Shown: positions 37,239 to 46,225 of the stretch, in pieces
Layout: every line of letters starts with the position of its first letter
How positions within the stretch are numbered: the stretch's first letter is position 1
DNA from: a virus
IMG/VR virus record: IMGVR_UViG_3300045972_000132
Location: 1-64,000 of that record
Direction: 5' to 3' (one strand)
Length of the DNA stretch: 64,000 nucleotides
Translations under genes and position numbers: made by a program
Notes under the pieces: generated by a model
Databases searched by the model: none
Told to the model about the DNA's origin: nothing
What the model saw: only the letters and a program-made list of their open reading frames with translations

Positions 37239-38010
37239 TGCAGTTGACATTGCAGTACGAGCAATTGATGACATGAAGTCTTCTACCGGGCTATTTAAAC
37301 TCCCTGGTGGATACTTGGATGAAAAGGGCATCTTACACGATGAGATTCAAATCAGAGAAATGACCGGTGCTGAGGAGGACATCCTAGCTGGTAAGACGGA
37401 TTCTATCACTCTGAAGCTAAACGCTATTATGGCTGGATGTCTAGTGAGGATCGGTTCCATCACAGATCCTGGTGAAATTGCCAAGGTTATCAATCTTTTG
37501 CCCTCAGGGGATCGTATTTATCTTCTAGTTCTGATTCGTATGGTTACACTAGGGGACGACTTTGCCTTCGATGAGAAATGCCCTGAGTGTGGCGACAAGG
37601 CTACCTACAATATTTTTCTAAGCAGCTTGGAAGTTACACCAATGAAGGACAAGAACAAGCGCGAGTTTGAATTCACTGCACCTTCTGGGAAGAAAATCAT
37701 CATAAAGACCCTCCTGGGAAAAGATGAGGGCTTGGCATCTAAATACGGTGAAGAGTATCCAAATGACGTTGTAAGCGCCATCATGCTTGCTAGAGTGGTC
37801 TCAATTGACGGTGTTCCTGCCACCGTAGAGTCCCTTAAAAAATTGGGCTGGAAGGATCGGTCCTTTGCCCGCAAGTCCATTGAATCAATTGATGGAGGGG
37901 TCGAGCTTGGGGTTACGAATGAATGCAAGAAGTGCAATTTTGAATTCACCAAGGACTTACAGATTGGAAGCCAAAGTTTTTTCTTCCCTTCGGAGACCCT
38001 GAACTCCTAG
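37231..38010 (+). CDS. tail assembly chaperone / baseplate hub (gp26-like)
   Basis: LPGG...IREMTGAEEDIL, DR.YLL..IR..TLG, CPEC, CKKC, FFFP; precedes tape measure. Confidence 0.75.
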   Translation: MTNAVDIAVRAIDDMKSSTGLFKLPGGYLDEKGILHDEIQIREMTGAEEDILAGKTDSITLKLNAIMAGCLVRIGSITDPGEIAKVINLLPSGDRIYLLVLIRMVTLGDDFAFDEKCPECGDKATYNIFLSSLEVTPMKDKNKREFEFTAPSGKKIIIKTLLGKDEGLASKYGEEYPNDVVSAIMLARVVSIDGVPATVESLKKLGWKDRSFARKSIESIDGGVELGVTNECKKCNFEFTKDLQIGSQSFFFPSETLNS

Positions 38011-38153
38011 AGGCTCAGTATTTTAGCTTCCTTGAGTACTGGCACATAAGTTACACGGAGTTTTTAAATATCCCGTGTAGTCTCCGATTTAGATTGCTAA
38101 CTAGAAAGGACGAACTGGAACGTAGGCGTCAAGAAGCATATAATAGGAAGTAA
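37977..38153 (+). CDS. -1 frameshift extension of tail assembly chaperone
   Basis: T TTT TTC at 37977-37983; -1 frame LPFGDPELLEAQYFSFLEYWHISYTEFLNIPCSLRFRLL...RK* has no own start codon. Confidence 0.8.
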   Translation, partial: FFLPFGDPELLEAQYFSFLEYWHISYTEFLNIPCSLRFRLLTRKDELERRRQEAYNRK

Positions 38154-38171
38154 TTCTAAAATGGAGTCTTG

Positions 38172-40313
38172 ATGGCACTTCCAGGGCTAGGTCTAGCATA
38201 TTTATTCGTTGGTAAGGACGCTGGTCTTGGTAAAGCCCAAGACGAGGCTACCAGCGGTTTCGAAAAACTTGGAAAGTATGTATCTGGGGTTGCCTCCAGA
38301 ATGGGTGAACTTGCGACCAATACTGGTCAGCTAATGACTGCCTTCGAAGCTCGTAATTTTGATGCAAAGAATTCTATTTACGGTGTCTTTGCAGGAATGG
38401 GCCAAACAGCCGCTTCGTCCGCTAAGGCTAGCGATCAACTAATCAGCATGGCTCGCAAACTGAACACGATGGATAAAGTTCCCGAAATGGCGGAAGCCTT
38501 TAGAGAGCTTACTAATATAAAATTCAATGGTGGCGGCGCAAAAGACGTAAACTCTATGGTTGAGCAGCTTACTCGCCTATCTGGGGTCACGGGGGCATCA
38601 ATCACGGGTTTATCTAGGTCACTTGTCGCGCTAACAAACCAGAAAGTATCTGCCGGGGGTATCACAGATATTCTTGATTCCGTTATTAGTATGGGTAAAG
38701 AGTTTGGTACTGGAGACACTGCGGTTAAGAATCTGGAGCGCATAGTCGCCGCTGTTAGAGATGCTACTCAGAAAACCGGATCAGATCCACAAAAGTTTAT
38801 AAAAGAAACCTCCGGTCTTGCATCCATCATCGACACATTTTCCCCCGGTAAAGGAGCAGACGCCGCTATTGGGATTATGAGCAAAACTCAATCAGAATAC
38901 GATACTTTTCAAAAAATGTTTACTGGGGATGCTACTCAATTAGACAAGAGTACTGTATTAGGTGCGCTCTTATTGGGTAGCGCGGACAAAGGATTCGGAC
39001 TATTTAAGAGTTCTCCTCTGAAATGGATTCAAGAGGTAACTAAGGGTCTAAGGGATCTCGGTCCCGCAAGTACTGTATTCAAAAAATTTAAAAAGGATTT
39101 AACTACAAGTGGTCAAGGTGATTTGTGGAGAGTAATTGAAAGTGAATTAGAACAGGCAGGAAATATTGAAAAAGCTATAAAAGCTAGTGAGAACGCAAAA
39201 GGCGCTTCAGGTAAAATGGCTGCGGAACATAGAAACAAGTACAAGCCTGACGAACAGATAGCCTTAAATACGGATTCTGCATGGACTAAATTTAGAGGCA
39301 TGTTTGGTGACAAGCAATCTAAATATGTTAAAGATTCCACCAAGGTATTCAATGATTTTTTTAAAACCCTTCAGGAGGGTGCTAAAACCAATCCAGACTT
39401 AAAAACCTTATCAGATACAGTATCTAATCTAGATAAATTCGGTATGAAGGGATTTTTTGGAGAGTCTACTAGGTCAAAATTTGGTGCCTTGGGTCAGGTT
39501 CTGGATAAATTAGGCCCAAGCTTAGACTCCCTGTCTAAGTATGGTTTCAAACTAGAGAACTTATTCAGCCCATCCGGATTACTCCAAACAGGGTTACAGG
39601 CCCTCGCCGGGGACTTTGCTGCTAACTTTATGGAGTCCGGCAGCTTCTCTAAAGCCATGTCAGCAACCATAGAAGATGTTAAGAAATTCTACGCCAAAGT
39701 TAAATACTATGGCAAGAAGGTCTGGGGCTTCCTAAAAACTTATTGGGACGCTCACGGAGAGGAAATAAAGAAGGAGATCAGCGAAATATGGAAAGAACTC
39801 AGCGAGACCTTCGGACCCACAGTTTCCGGATGGGGAGAATCCTTCAAGAAAACATTGAATGAATTCTGGAAAGAATACAGACCGGCATTCGTAAAACTAG
39901 GTACCGCGATAGGTGAGGGAATTCAAGAGGGTCTAAAAAAGATGCTTCCCAAATGGATGCAAAAGGAAGTAAGTGCCTCTGGTGGTGGTGGGGACATAGT
40001 TCCCCTATTCGATATCAACGATTACCTGAAACGAAAGCACGAATCCGAAGGCCCCCTGCTCCCACCATCACCAACAAAACACGAAGACGCTGCATCTACT
40101 GCGAGTACTATGGCTGCTTTGAAAAAAGCACAGTCGAACCCCATCTTTGACTTTCCTAGTGGTCCGTCGTCCAATGCAAACTCCTCTTCTGTATCTGTAG
40201 TGGATAAATTGGACAAACTAATTGATTCTAATAATGCTCTCGCTAACGCCTTCAAGACTTGGCTTCCACCATCTAAAAGACCCGTGTCCTCCGCAGGATC
40301 TCCGAGTAAATAA
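38172..40313 (+). CDS. tape measure protein
   Basis: Long helical protein with aromatic-periodic C-terminal part, downstream of frameshifted chaperone. Confidence 0.8.
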   Translation: MALPGLGLAYLFVGKDAGLGKAQDEATSGFEKLGKYVSGVASRMGELATNTGQLMTAFEARNFDAKNSIYGVFAGMGQTAASSAKASDQLISMARKLNTMDKVPEMAEAFRELTNIKFNGGGAKDVNSMVEQLTRLSGVTGASITGLSRSLVALTNQKVSAGGITDILDSVISMGKEFGTGDTAVKNLERIVAAVRDATQKTGSDPQKFIKETSGLASIIDTFSPGKGADAAIGIMSKTQSEYDTFQKMFTGDATQLDKSTVLGALLLGSADKGFGLFKSSPLKWIQEVTKGLRDLGPASTVFKKFKKDLTTSGQGDLWRVIESELEQAGNIEKAIKASENAKGASGKMAAEHRNKYKPDEQIALNTDSAWTKFRGMFGDKQSKYVKDSTKVFNDFFKTLQEGAKTNPDLKTLSDTVSNLDKFGMKGFFGESTRSKFGALGQVLDKLGPSLDSLSKYGFKLENLFSPSGLLQTGLQALAGDFAANFMESGSFSKAMSATIEDVKKFYAKVKYYGKKVWGFLKTYWDAHGEEIKKEISEIWKELSETFGPTVSGWGESFKKTLNEFWKEYRPAFVKLGTAIGEGIQEGLKKMLPKWMQKEVSASGGGGDIVPLFDINDYLKRKHESEGPLLPPSPTKHEDAASTASTMAALKKAQSNPIFDFPSGPSSNANSSSVSVVDKLDKLIDSNNALANAFKTWLPPSKRPVSSAGSPSK

Positions 40314-40630
40314 TGTCTACTAATATATCCAAGAACAGCCGTCTTACCTTTTCAGATCTGCTAGACACTGATCAAGTAGAGTTTTGGGATCTACCCAACT
40401 ATCCTAGAATCCCCACTTCAGCCGGGGACATTCTTTACATGGTTCTAGTGAACGATAGACTAGACTTATTAGCCCATAAGTATTATGGTGACTCTAACCT
40501 CTGGTGGGTAATTGCGGTCGCTAACTCACTGGACTGCCTTCCGATTGATCTCGTCGCTGGCAGTCAAATTCTAATCCCTTCCCCACAGATAGCGCTTAAC
40601 AAGGTAATGAAAGATACTGGCACAAACTAA
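40313..40630 (+). CDS. LysM-like baseplate wedge protein (gp53/P2 X-like)
   Basis: DRLDLLAHKYYGDSNLWWVIAVAN...G..ILIP. Confidence 0.88.
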   Translation: MSTNISKNSRLTFSDLLDTDQVEFWDLPNYPRIPTSAGDILYMVLVNDRLDLLAHKYYGDSNLWWVIAVANSLDCLPIDLVAGSQILIPSPQIALNKVMKDTGTN

Positions 40631-42048
40631 TGCCTACTTATGATTTCTTCTCACCCATGATGTCTACCGCAATCGTTGCCAAGGATGGAACGGTAGTTCC
40701 ACTTTGGACTAATACTCATGGAGATAACGTAGAGAATCCAAACGCAGCTAGTATTAAACGGATAGCCGGAATCACAAGTATCCCCTATGTGACTAGCATT
40801 AGAATCACAGTTGGTTTAGCCTGTCTACCGATCATCACTATTACCTTAACACCTCCCTATGAGGATGCAATTAAATTATTAGATAGTGAGTTTCTAGATT
40901 GGAGTTCCTGCGCGATTCGTACCCAAGTCGGATATACAGGCAAAGATACTATTCTATCCCCAGTTTTTACAGGATTCATGCTTCAACCTGCTATTACATT
41001 TGGATCCCAAATCTCCATCACTTTAAACGCTCAAGGTCCCTTTAGTGTTTTTTCTAACGAGAAGAGTGTAATATTTCCCGGAACACATAGTTCTAAGGAA
41101 ATTTTAGAGCAGGCATTGCGGGGAAAGAAGGACCATCCCAGACCAGCAGTAGGCCCTGATAATGTTATTATAAATTTGTCCGTTGATTGGTCTGAGGTAG
41201 ACAAGGATCCTCAAGTCAAAAAGATTTGGGAAGACCCTAAGACGAATACACATTACGCAGACATGACAGATTGGGATATAATTGACCGTCTGTGCAGAGA
41301 ATGCAGATCTTGGTTTATGATAAACAACTCCAAGTTAGTCGTCGTTCCCAATAAAAACTTCGAATCTGAAAAGCCCGCAAGAGTATTCCATGTTTATGGA
41401 GCGCCTAACGGGACCTTTGGGGATATGGAGTACCCTGCATTTCACGTTACTTCAAATTACACAGGAAACCTATTACCGGGGACTCTAGATTCCCTTCGCG
41501 CAGAAGTAATCTCGTATACAGATAAAACTATAACTAGCTACCCGATAACAGCAAAATCCATAAAAGCATCTCTTGTAGGCGATAAGGAAATTACATTCAA
41601 GGACCCTAATATTTCATCCGCCAAGGCTGATCTTCAAATAAAGGATCCTGGTTCTACTCTACCCAACTTTATTAATACTCACGGCAGTAAGCCTGAATCA
41701 TTAAAACTAGTGGAATCCAGACTAGAGCAAATAACTTCAAAACAAGGACCAACCTGCACGGTAGACACCATCGGAATCCCTGATTTATTTCCAGGTGAAA
41801 TAGTAGAACTCAGAGGCTGTAGTCTACGACTCAATGGAGCCTACATAGTTCAGGAGTTTACCCACAACTTCAACTCATCTGGTTTTACAACTTCTTTGAC
41901 CCTAAACACAGCAGCGTTGAAAGTATCTAAAGAGTCCGCCGAACCTACCGCAAATACAAATGATTCGAAGGCGAAGTCTTCAGAAGATACCGGTAAGCCT
42001 AAACCAAAAGGCAGCAAGACTAAGCAAGCTAAACCTTCTACTAAGTAA
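40630..42048 (+). CDS. baseplate hub (gp27/GpD-like)
   Basis: TDWDII..L, GIPDLFPGEIVELRG...LNGAYIV..FTH...GFTT. Confidence 0.8.
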   Translation: MPTYDFFSPMMSTAIVAKDGTVVPLWTNTHGDNVENPNAASIKRIAGITSIPYVTSIRITVGLACLPIITITLTPPYEDAIKLLDSEFLDWSSCAIRTQVGYTGKDTILSPVFTGFMLQPAITFGSQISITLNAQGPFSVFSNEKSVIFPGTHSSKEILEQALRGKKDHPRPAVGPDNVIINLSVDWSEVDKDPQVKKIWEDPKTNTHYADMTDWDIIDRLCRECRSWFMINNSKLVVVPNKNFESEKPARVFHVYGAPNGTFGDMEYPAFHVTSNYTGNLLPGTLDSLRAEVISYTDKTITSYPITAKSIKASLVGDKEITFKDPNISSAKADLQIKDPGSTLPNFINTHGSKPESLKLVESRLEQITSKQGPTCTVDTIGIPDLFPGEIVELRGCSLRLNGAYIVQEFTHNFNSSGFTTSLTLNTAALKVSKESAEPTANTNDSKAKSSEDTGKPKPKGSKTKQAKPSTK

Positions 42049-42056
42049 GAATAATC

Positions 42057-43028
42057 ATGTACCTAGAAATTGAAGACTTACAGCAGCGCGTAAACAGCTT
42101 AGAGAAGAAGTGGCCTGACTTTCTAAGAGACATCAATCACTTTGGACTAGAATGGTTCCGCAAGTACTACGGTCTTTATCGTGCAATTATAAAGTCCAAT
42201 GAAGATCCTGAGAAAAGAGGGCGGGTTCAAATTCTATGTGCAGAAGCGGGACACAAGGATGAAGTTTACCCTAGGGATTGGGTAGATCCTATTCTACCTA
42301 CCGCAGGCCCCTCCAGAGGAAGCTTCGTAGCTCCTCAAGTAGGGGATTGGATCTGGGTAACATTCGCTCAAGGTAATCCCGCTTGGCCGGTGGGATACAT
42401 TGGTTCCTATTTCGGTGGCAAAGAAATGCCCCCTGAGTTTGCCTATACAAACAAAAAACCAGAAACCCAAGGAATTATTACTAGAGGTGGGCATACTCTA
42501 GTAATGTCCGACACCCCCGGTGAAGAAAAGGTAACCCTCTCGTGGCACCAGCCGGATGCATGGCCCACCAATCCCCAAGAGACCCCTGATCGTACCAAGG
42601 GTAAGTCTTCCAGTATGGTATTTAAACCAGACGGGTCAATTGAAACTACTTCATCTGATAAGGCCAAAATTACCCTAGATAGCCCCAATCAAGTCATCAC
42701 AGTTGCCGATTCCAATGGAAATACGGTGACTCTAGACAAGAACGGCATTACAGTGAAGGATAAGAGCGGTAATAACATTAAAATCATAGGTGGGGATGTT
42801 ACTGTCCAAATGTCAGGGGACTTCAATGTCACTGATGGCAACAACTCCAATCTAAAGACCCAGAATGTCAATTTAGGACTTTCTCCTACATATTCTGCGG
42901 TTCTTGGAGAGTTATTCATGACTCTCTTCAACGCACATGTTCATCCGCACCCCTTGGGGCCTACCGCAATTACTCCAACCCAAATGACTCCCGCCGCCTT
43001 ATCCAGTACTGTAAAATTATCTAAATAA
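42057..43028 (+). CDS. baseplate central spike (gp5/GpV OB-fold)
   Basis: DPEKRGRV, PQVGD.IWV.F.QGNP, beta-helix repeats, C-terminal HVHPH. Confidence 0.9.
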   Translation: MYLEIEDLQQRVNSLEKKWPDFLRDINHFGLEWFRKYYGLYRAIIKSNEDPEKRGRVQILCAEAGHKDEVYPRDWVDPILPTAGPSRGSFVAPQVGDWIWVTFAQGNPAWPVGYIGSYFGGKEMPPEFAYTNKKPETQGIITRGGHTLVMSDTPGEEKVTLSWHQPDAWPTNPQETPDRTKGKSSSMVFKPDGSIETTSSDKAKITLDSPNQVITVADSNGNTVTLDKNGITVKDKSGNNIKIIGGDVTVQMSGDFNVTDGNNSNLKTQNVNLGLSPTYSAVLGELFMTLFNAHVHPHPLGPTAITPTQMTPAALSSTVKLSK

Positions 43029-43032
43029 AGGT

Positions 43033-43050
43033 TACGTCAAATTTGAAGTA
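43033..43050 (+). promoter_or_regulatory. palindromic site copy 3
   Basis: TACGTCA-AATT-TGAAGTA upstream of extended -10 TGcTATAAC (43076-43084). Confidence 0.6.
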
Positions 43051-43086
43051 AACCCCTGCATTATAGCCATATTTGTGCTATAACCA

Positions 43087-43476
43087 ATGATGAGGTTACG
43101 AATGGACTATTCATTTAGGGGTCTTGGCTTTCCCTTTTCAATTAAAGAAGGTGCTTTTCCAGCACCTACTCAGGATGCCGACCTGATTGCACAGTCGATC
43201 ATGCAGATCATCGGTGTGACTCCCACCGAACGAGTCTTCGATCCCAACTACGGCTGCAACGTTATGGACATGGTATTTGAAAACAACGACTCTCTCCTAC
43301 AAGAAATTGCAAAAATAAATATCCAGAACGCAATCTCCAGATACGAACCTCGTGCGATTCTGCAAGACATTACCTTCTCTAAAAACTCTGATGGGAATGC
43401 GCTATACGTAAACATTATATTTACCGTAAAATATACAGGGGAAACAGGCACTGTTTCTCAGAAGCTTGGAGCCTAA
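43087..43476 (+). CDS. baseplate wedge gp25/GpW-like protein
   Basis: GLGFPF, ERVFDPNYGC, YEPR; start may be slightly downstream (43090 or MDYSF). Confidence 0.9.
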   Translation: MMRLRMDYSFRGLGFPFSIKEGAFPAPTQDADLIAQSIMQIIGVTPTERVFDPNYGCNVMDMVFENNDSLLQEIAKINIQNAISRYEPRAILQDITFSKNSDGNALYVNIIFTVKYTGETGTVSQKLGA

Positions 43477-45669
43477 ATGCCCGTCAATACTTTAACTAGC
43501 GCCAAGTTCGGCGGATACGACTTCGATACTCTGACTGACGAGCTTAAGGCACGCCTTCAGGTAAACTTCGCAGCCCAGTTTAACGACTTCGCCCAATCCT
43601 CCATGGCAATGGTTCTTTTGGACCAATTTGCATACGGTTTGAACAATCTAGCCTTCTATCTAGACCAACGCGCCACCGATAACTATCTAGTTACAGCTAG
43701 AACAGTTGGGGCCATTACTAAGCTGGCTAGACAACTCGGGTATAAGATCGCCCCAGCCACCGCATCTACAGTAGACGTTGATATCTATCTAACTAGCCAG
43801 TACGCCTTCGATGTACCACTTGCCAGAGGAAGTCAGCTAAGAAGCACCAACGGTATTATTTTCGAAACCTCCCAAGCTCTTACCTTCCCTTCCGGAACTC
43901 TTCCCAACGTATCCAAGACAGTTTCCTGCTATCAGGGTCAAACCAATAGCCAAGTATTTACCTCTACTGGAACCCCTAATCAAAAATTCCAATTCAATGC
44001 CTTGGCCTCTAACTCCTTTATCGTTTCAGGATCAGTCATTGTAGATGTCGGAGGTAGTGCTTACACTGAAAGTAAATTCATTACCTTTGACCAAACCAAC
44101 CAATTTGAAATCGACTACCAAGCATCACCTCCTACGATCATGTTCGGTGATGGTAATGCAGGTAATATTCCTCCAGTAACCTCAGCCATAACTGTTACCT
44201 ACATTGTCTCTCAAGGCTCCTCCGGTCGAGTAACTCAAGGTTCCATCAATAGCCTAGTGACACCTCTAGTAGTCTCCGGTACCTCAATTGGAATGGTAAT
44301 CAACAACCCACTCAGTACAGTTGGTGGGGATGACCCTGAGAGTCTCTCAAGTATCCAAGCAAACGCCCCTAAGGTATTTGCTTCTAGGAATGTTGCGGTA
44401 ACCCAATCAGATTTTGAGGGCCTATCCAGTGCCTTCTCAGACCCAATCTTTGGTCGGGTGAGTGTCGCCAGGGCCGTGTCTACAAAATCCTCCGATACTG
44501 ATGTTGAGCTTCAGAGTGCTACCTCTACGATTACAACCCTAGTGAGTGCTCCTGCCACCACGGTGGATGCCTTGGTTGCGGCTGCTGCGGTGAATACCAC
44601 CGATGCTTCAGCACAAAATACTACGTTAGTTAGAAATCTAAACATCCTAGACTTAAAAACTACTGCCATTGGTACTGCCGCCACATCTGCTGCTACTGCC
44701 GCTGCGGATGTCAAAGCCAAGTCTATCCAGTTTGTAAATGATACTTCTTCTGCACAAACAGCCATCAATGCAATTACAAATTCTTCCTCAGGTAGTGCTT
44801 ACTCCCTGGTAAATGGATTCATCTCTTCCACTGGAGTATCTACCATAACTGCGGCTGACAAGGCCCTCTTACTGGGTTACTTGAGTACGATTCAATCTAC
44901 CATAGACTCTCTAGCCCCATCGTCTACTGCGATTAATGCTTCCGCTGCATCAATTTCAGCAGCCACCAATACAATCCTCGCCAGACTATCTGAAATCGGT
45001 ACCACCACTACCTCCGGTACAGTCTCAAACCTGATCAGCACTACCAACCAAGCTATCATGCTCGATGTGTCAGCCCTAAGTACCGCCCTAGGTAGCTGCC
45101 AAACTACTGTCGATGCTGCCTATACTGGAGTTCAAGCTCAACTAGCTAGCATCCTATCTCACTATAATGCTCTGTTCTCCATGGACGCACGTTCAAACAT
45201 TGTTACCGTACCGATTCTATCGAAGGACATCGACGGATTCTACGCAGCACCTTCCATGTCTCTAATTCTAGCCCTCCAGAGCTATCTAGACGCCCGTAAG
45301 GAAGTTACCCAAGGAGTTGTCGTTACTTCTGGATCTTCTTCCCTTGTATACACAGCCATTACTATCCGACTAGGCATTGATAAATCCTTCATTCAATCCG
45401 CCGTTGTCTCTGACGTTACTGCGAAGGTAGACACGGTTCTGAAGAATAGAAAATTCGGTCAGACACTGTACTTGAAGGAAATCTATGACACCATCTACAC
45501 GGTTGACGGAGTTAAGTTCGCCAACGTAAAGATCACCGGTATTTCTGGTTTCAACACCATTGACAATGCCTTGGACTCTGATGGAAACCTAGTTGTTAAG
45601 GATACCTACATTGTTACCAAGGACAGAACTAATTTCGTAGTAAACCCTGAAACCTACAAAGGACAGTAA
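43477..45669 (+). CDS. baseplate wedge gp6/J-like protein with large insertion
   Basis: DFD..., LARQLGYK, FGDG..G..P, GGDDPES, RNVAVT.SDF, VDGV. Confidence 0.88.
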   Translation: MPVNTLTSAKFGGYDFDTLTDELKARLQVNFAAQFNDFAQSSMAMVLLDQFAYGLNNLAFYLDQRATDNYLVTARTVGAITKLARQLGYKIAPATASTVDVDIYLTSQYAFDVPLARGSQLRSTNGIIFETSQALTFPSGTLPNVSKTVSCYQGQTNSQVFTSTGTPNQKFQFNALASNSFIVSGSVIVDVGGSAYTESKFITFDQTNQFEIDYQASPPTIMFGDGNAGNIPPVTSAITVTYIVSQGSSGRVTQGSINSLVTPLVVSGTSIGMVINNPLSTVGGDDPESLSSIQANAPKVFASRNVAVTQSDFEGLSSAFSDPIFGRVSVARAVSTKSSDTDVELQSATSTITTLVSAPATTVDALVAAAAVNTTDASAQNTTLVRNLNILDLKTTAIGTAATSAATAAADVKAKSIQFVNDTSSAQTAINAITNSSSGSAYSLVNGFISSTGVSTITAADKALLLGYLSTIQSTIDSLAPSSTAINASAASISAATNTILARLSEIGTTTTSGTVSNLISTTNQAIMLDVSALSTALGSCQTTVDAAYTGVQAQLASILSHYNALFSMDARSNIVTVPILSKDIDGFYAAPSMSLILALQSYLDARKEVTQGVVVTSGSSSLVYTAITIRLGIDKSFIQSAVVSDVTAKVDTVLKNRKFGQTLYLKEIYDTIYTVDGVKFANVKITGISGFNTIDNALDSDGNLVVKDTYIVTKDRTNFVVNPETYKGQ

Positions 45670-45855
45670 ATGAGAGCACCTAAGATTAAAATAACCATGG
45701 AAGGTAAAGTGATTCGCACTGGCGAGATAATTGAGTGGACTGCGTGGGGCGAACCCGATTATTGGGGTAGATTTCAGAAAAAGTTCCACCCCTCAGATCT
45801 ACACGACATAAAAGTTAAAGGTGGCCCTGTGAGAAGGGCCGCAATGGAGGATTAA
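45670..45855 (+). CDS. small hypothetical protein
   Basis: Coupled to both neighbours. Confidence 0.5.
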   Translation: MRAPKIKITMEGKVIRTGEIIEWTAWGEPDYWGRFQKKFHPSDLHDIKVKGGPVRRAAMED

Positions 45856-46217
45856 TGCTTCTACCCACCAACGGTATCTCCATCGCACAAGGAGAAGACC
45901 AGACGCTTGAAATCACGGTAACTGATTCTGCTGGAAATACAGAAGACCTTACAGGAGCCAGGTTAGTCCTAAATGTCAAAGCAGATCCTAGTGATAAGAC
46001 TCCAGTTATTTTAAAGACCACAGACAACGTTCAGCAAGCACAGATCATCAAGGCCCTAGCAGGTTACGTTAGGTTCTACATAACTTCAGCAGATACGAGC
46101 AAACTAGAACCTGCTCGATATTTCTATGATGTCTGGGTCATCCTTTCATCAGGCAAAAGATATCCGGTAATCAAAACTTCCGTATTCCAAGTAACAGGTT
46201 CTACTTTTAGATTTTAG
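45855..46217 (+). CDS. BppU-like Ig-fold baseplate/fibre adaptor
   Basis: I.QGED...DLTGA...ADT..L....YFYDV. Confidence 0.65.
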   Translation: MLLPTNGISIAQGEDQTLEITVTDSAGNTEDLTGARLVLNVKADPSDKTPVILKTTDNVQQAQIIKALAGYVRFYITSADTSKLEPARYFYDVWVILSSGKRYPVIKTSVFQVTGSTFRF

Positions 46218-46225
46218 AGGATCAA

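Noticed and set aside
31344-45669. Extracellular contractile injection system or tailocin
   Set aside because: Sheath and tube resemble eCIS types, but terminase, portal, protease, capsid and neck genes are contiguous, so this is a phage
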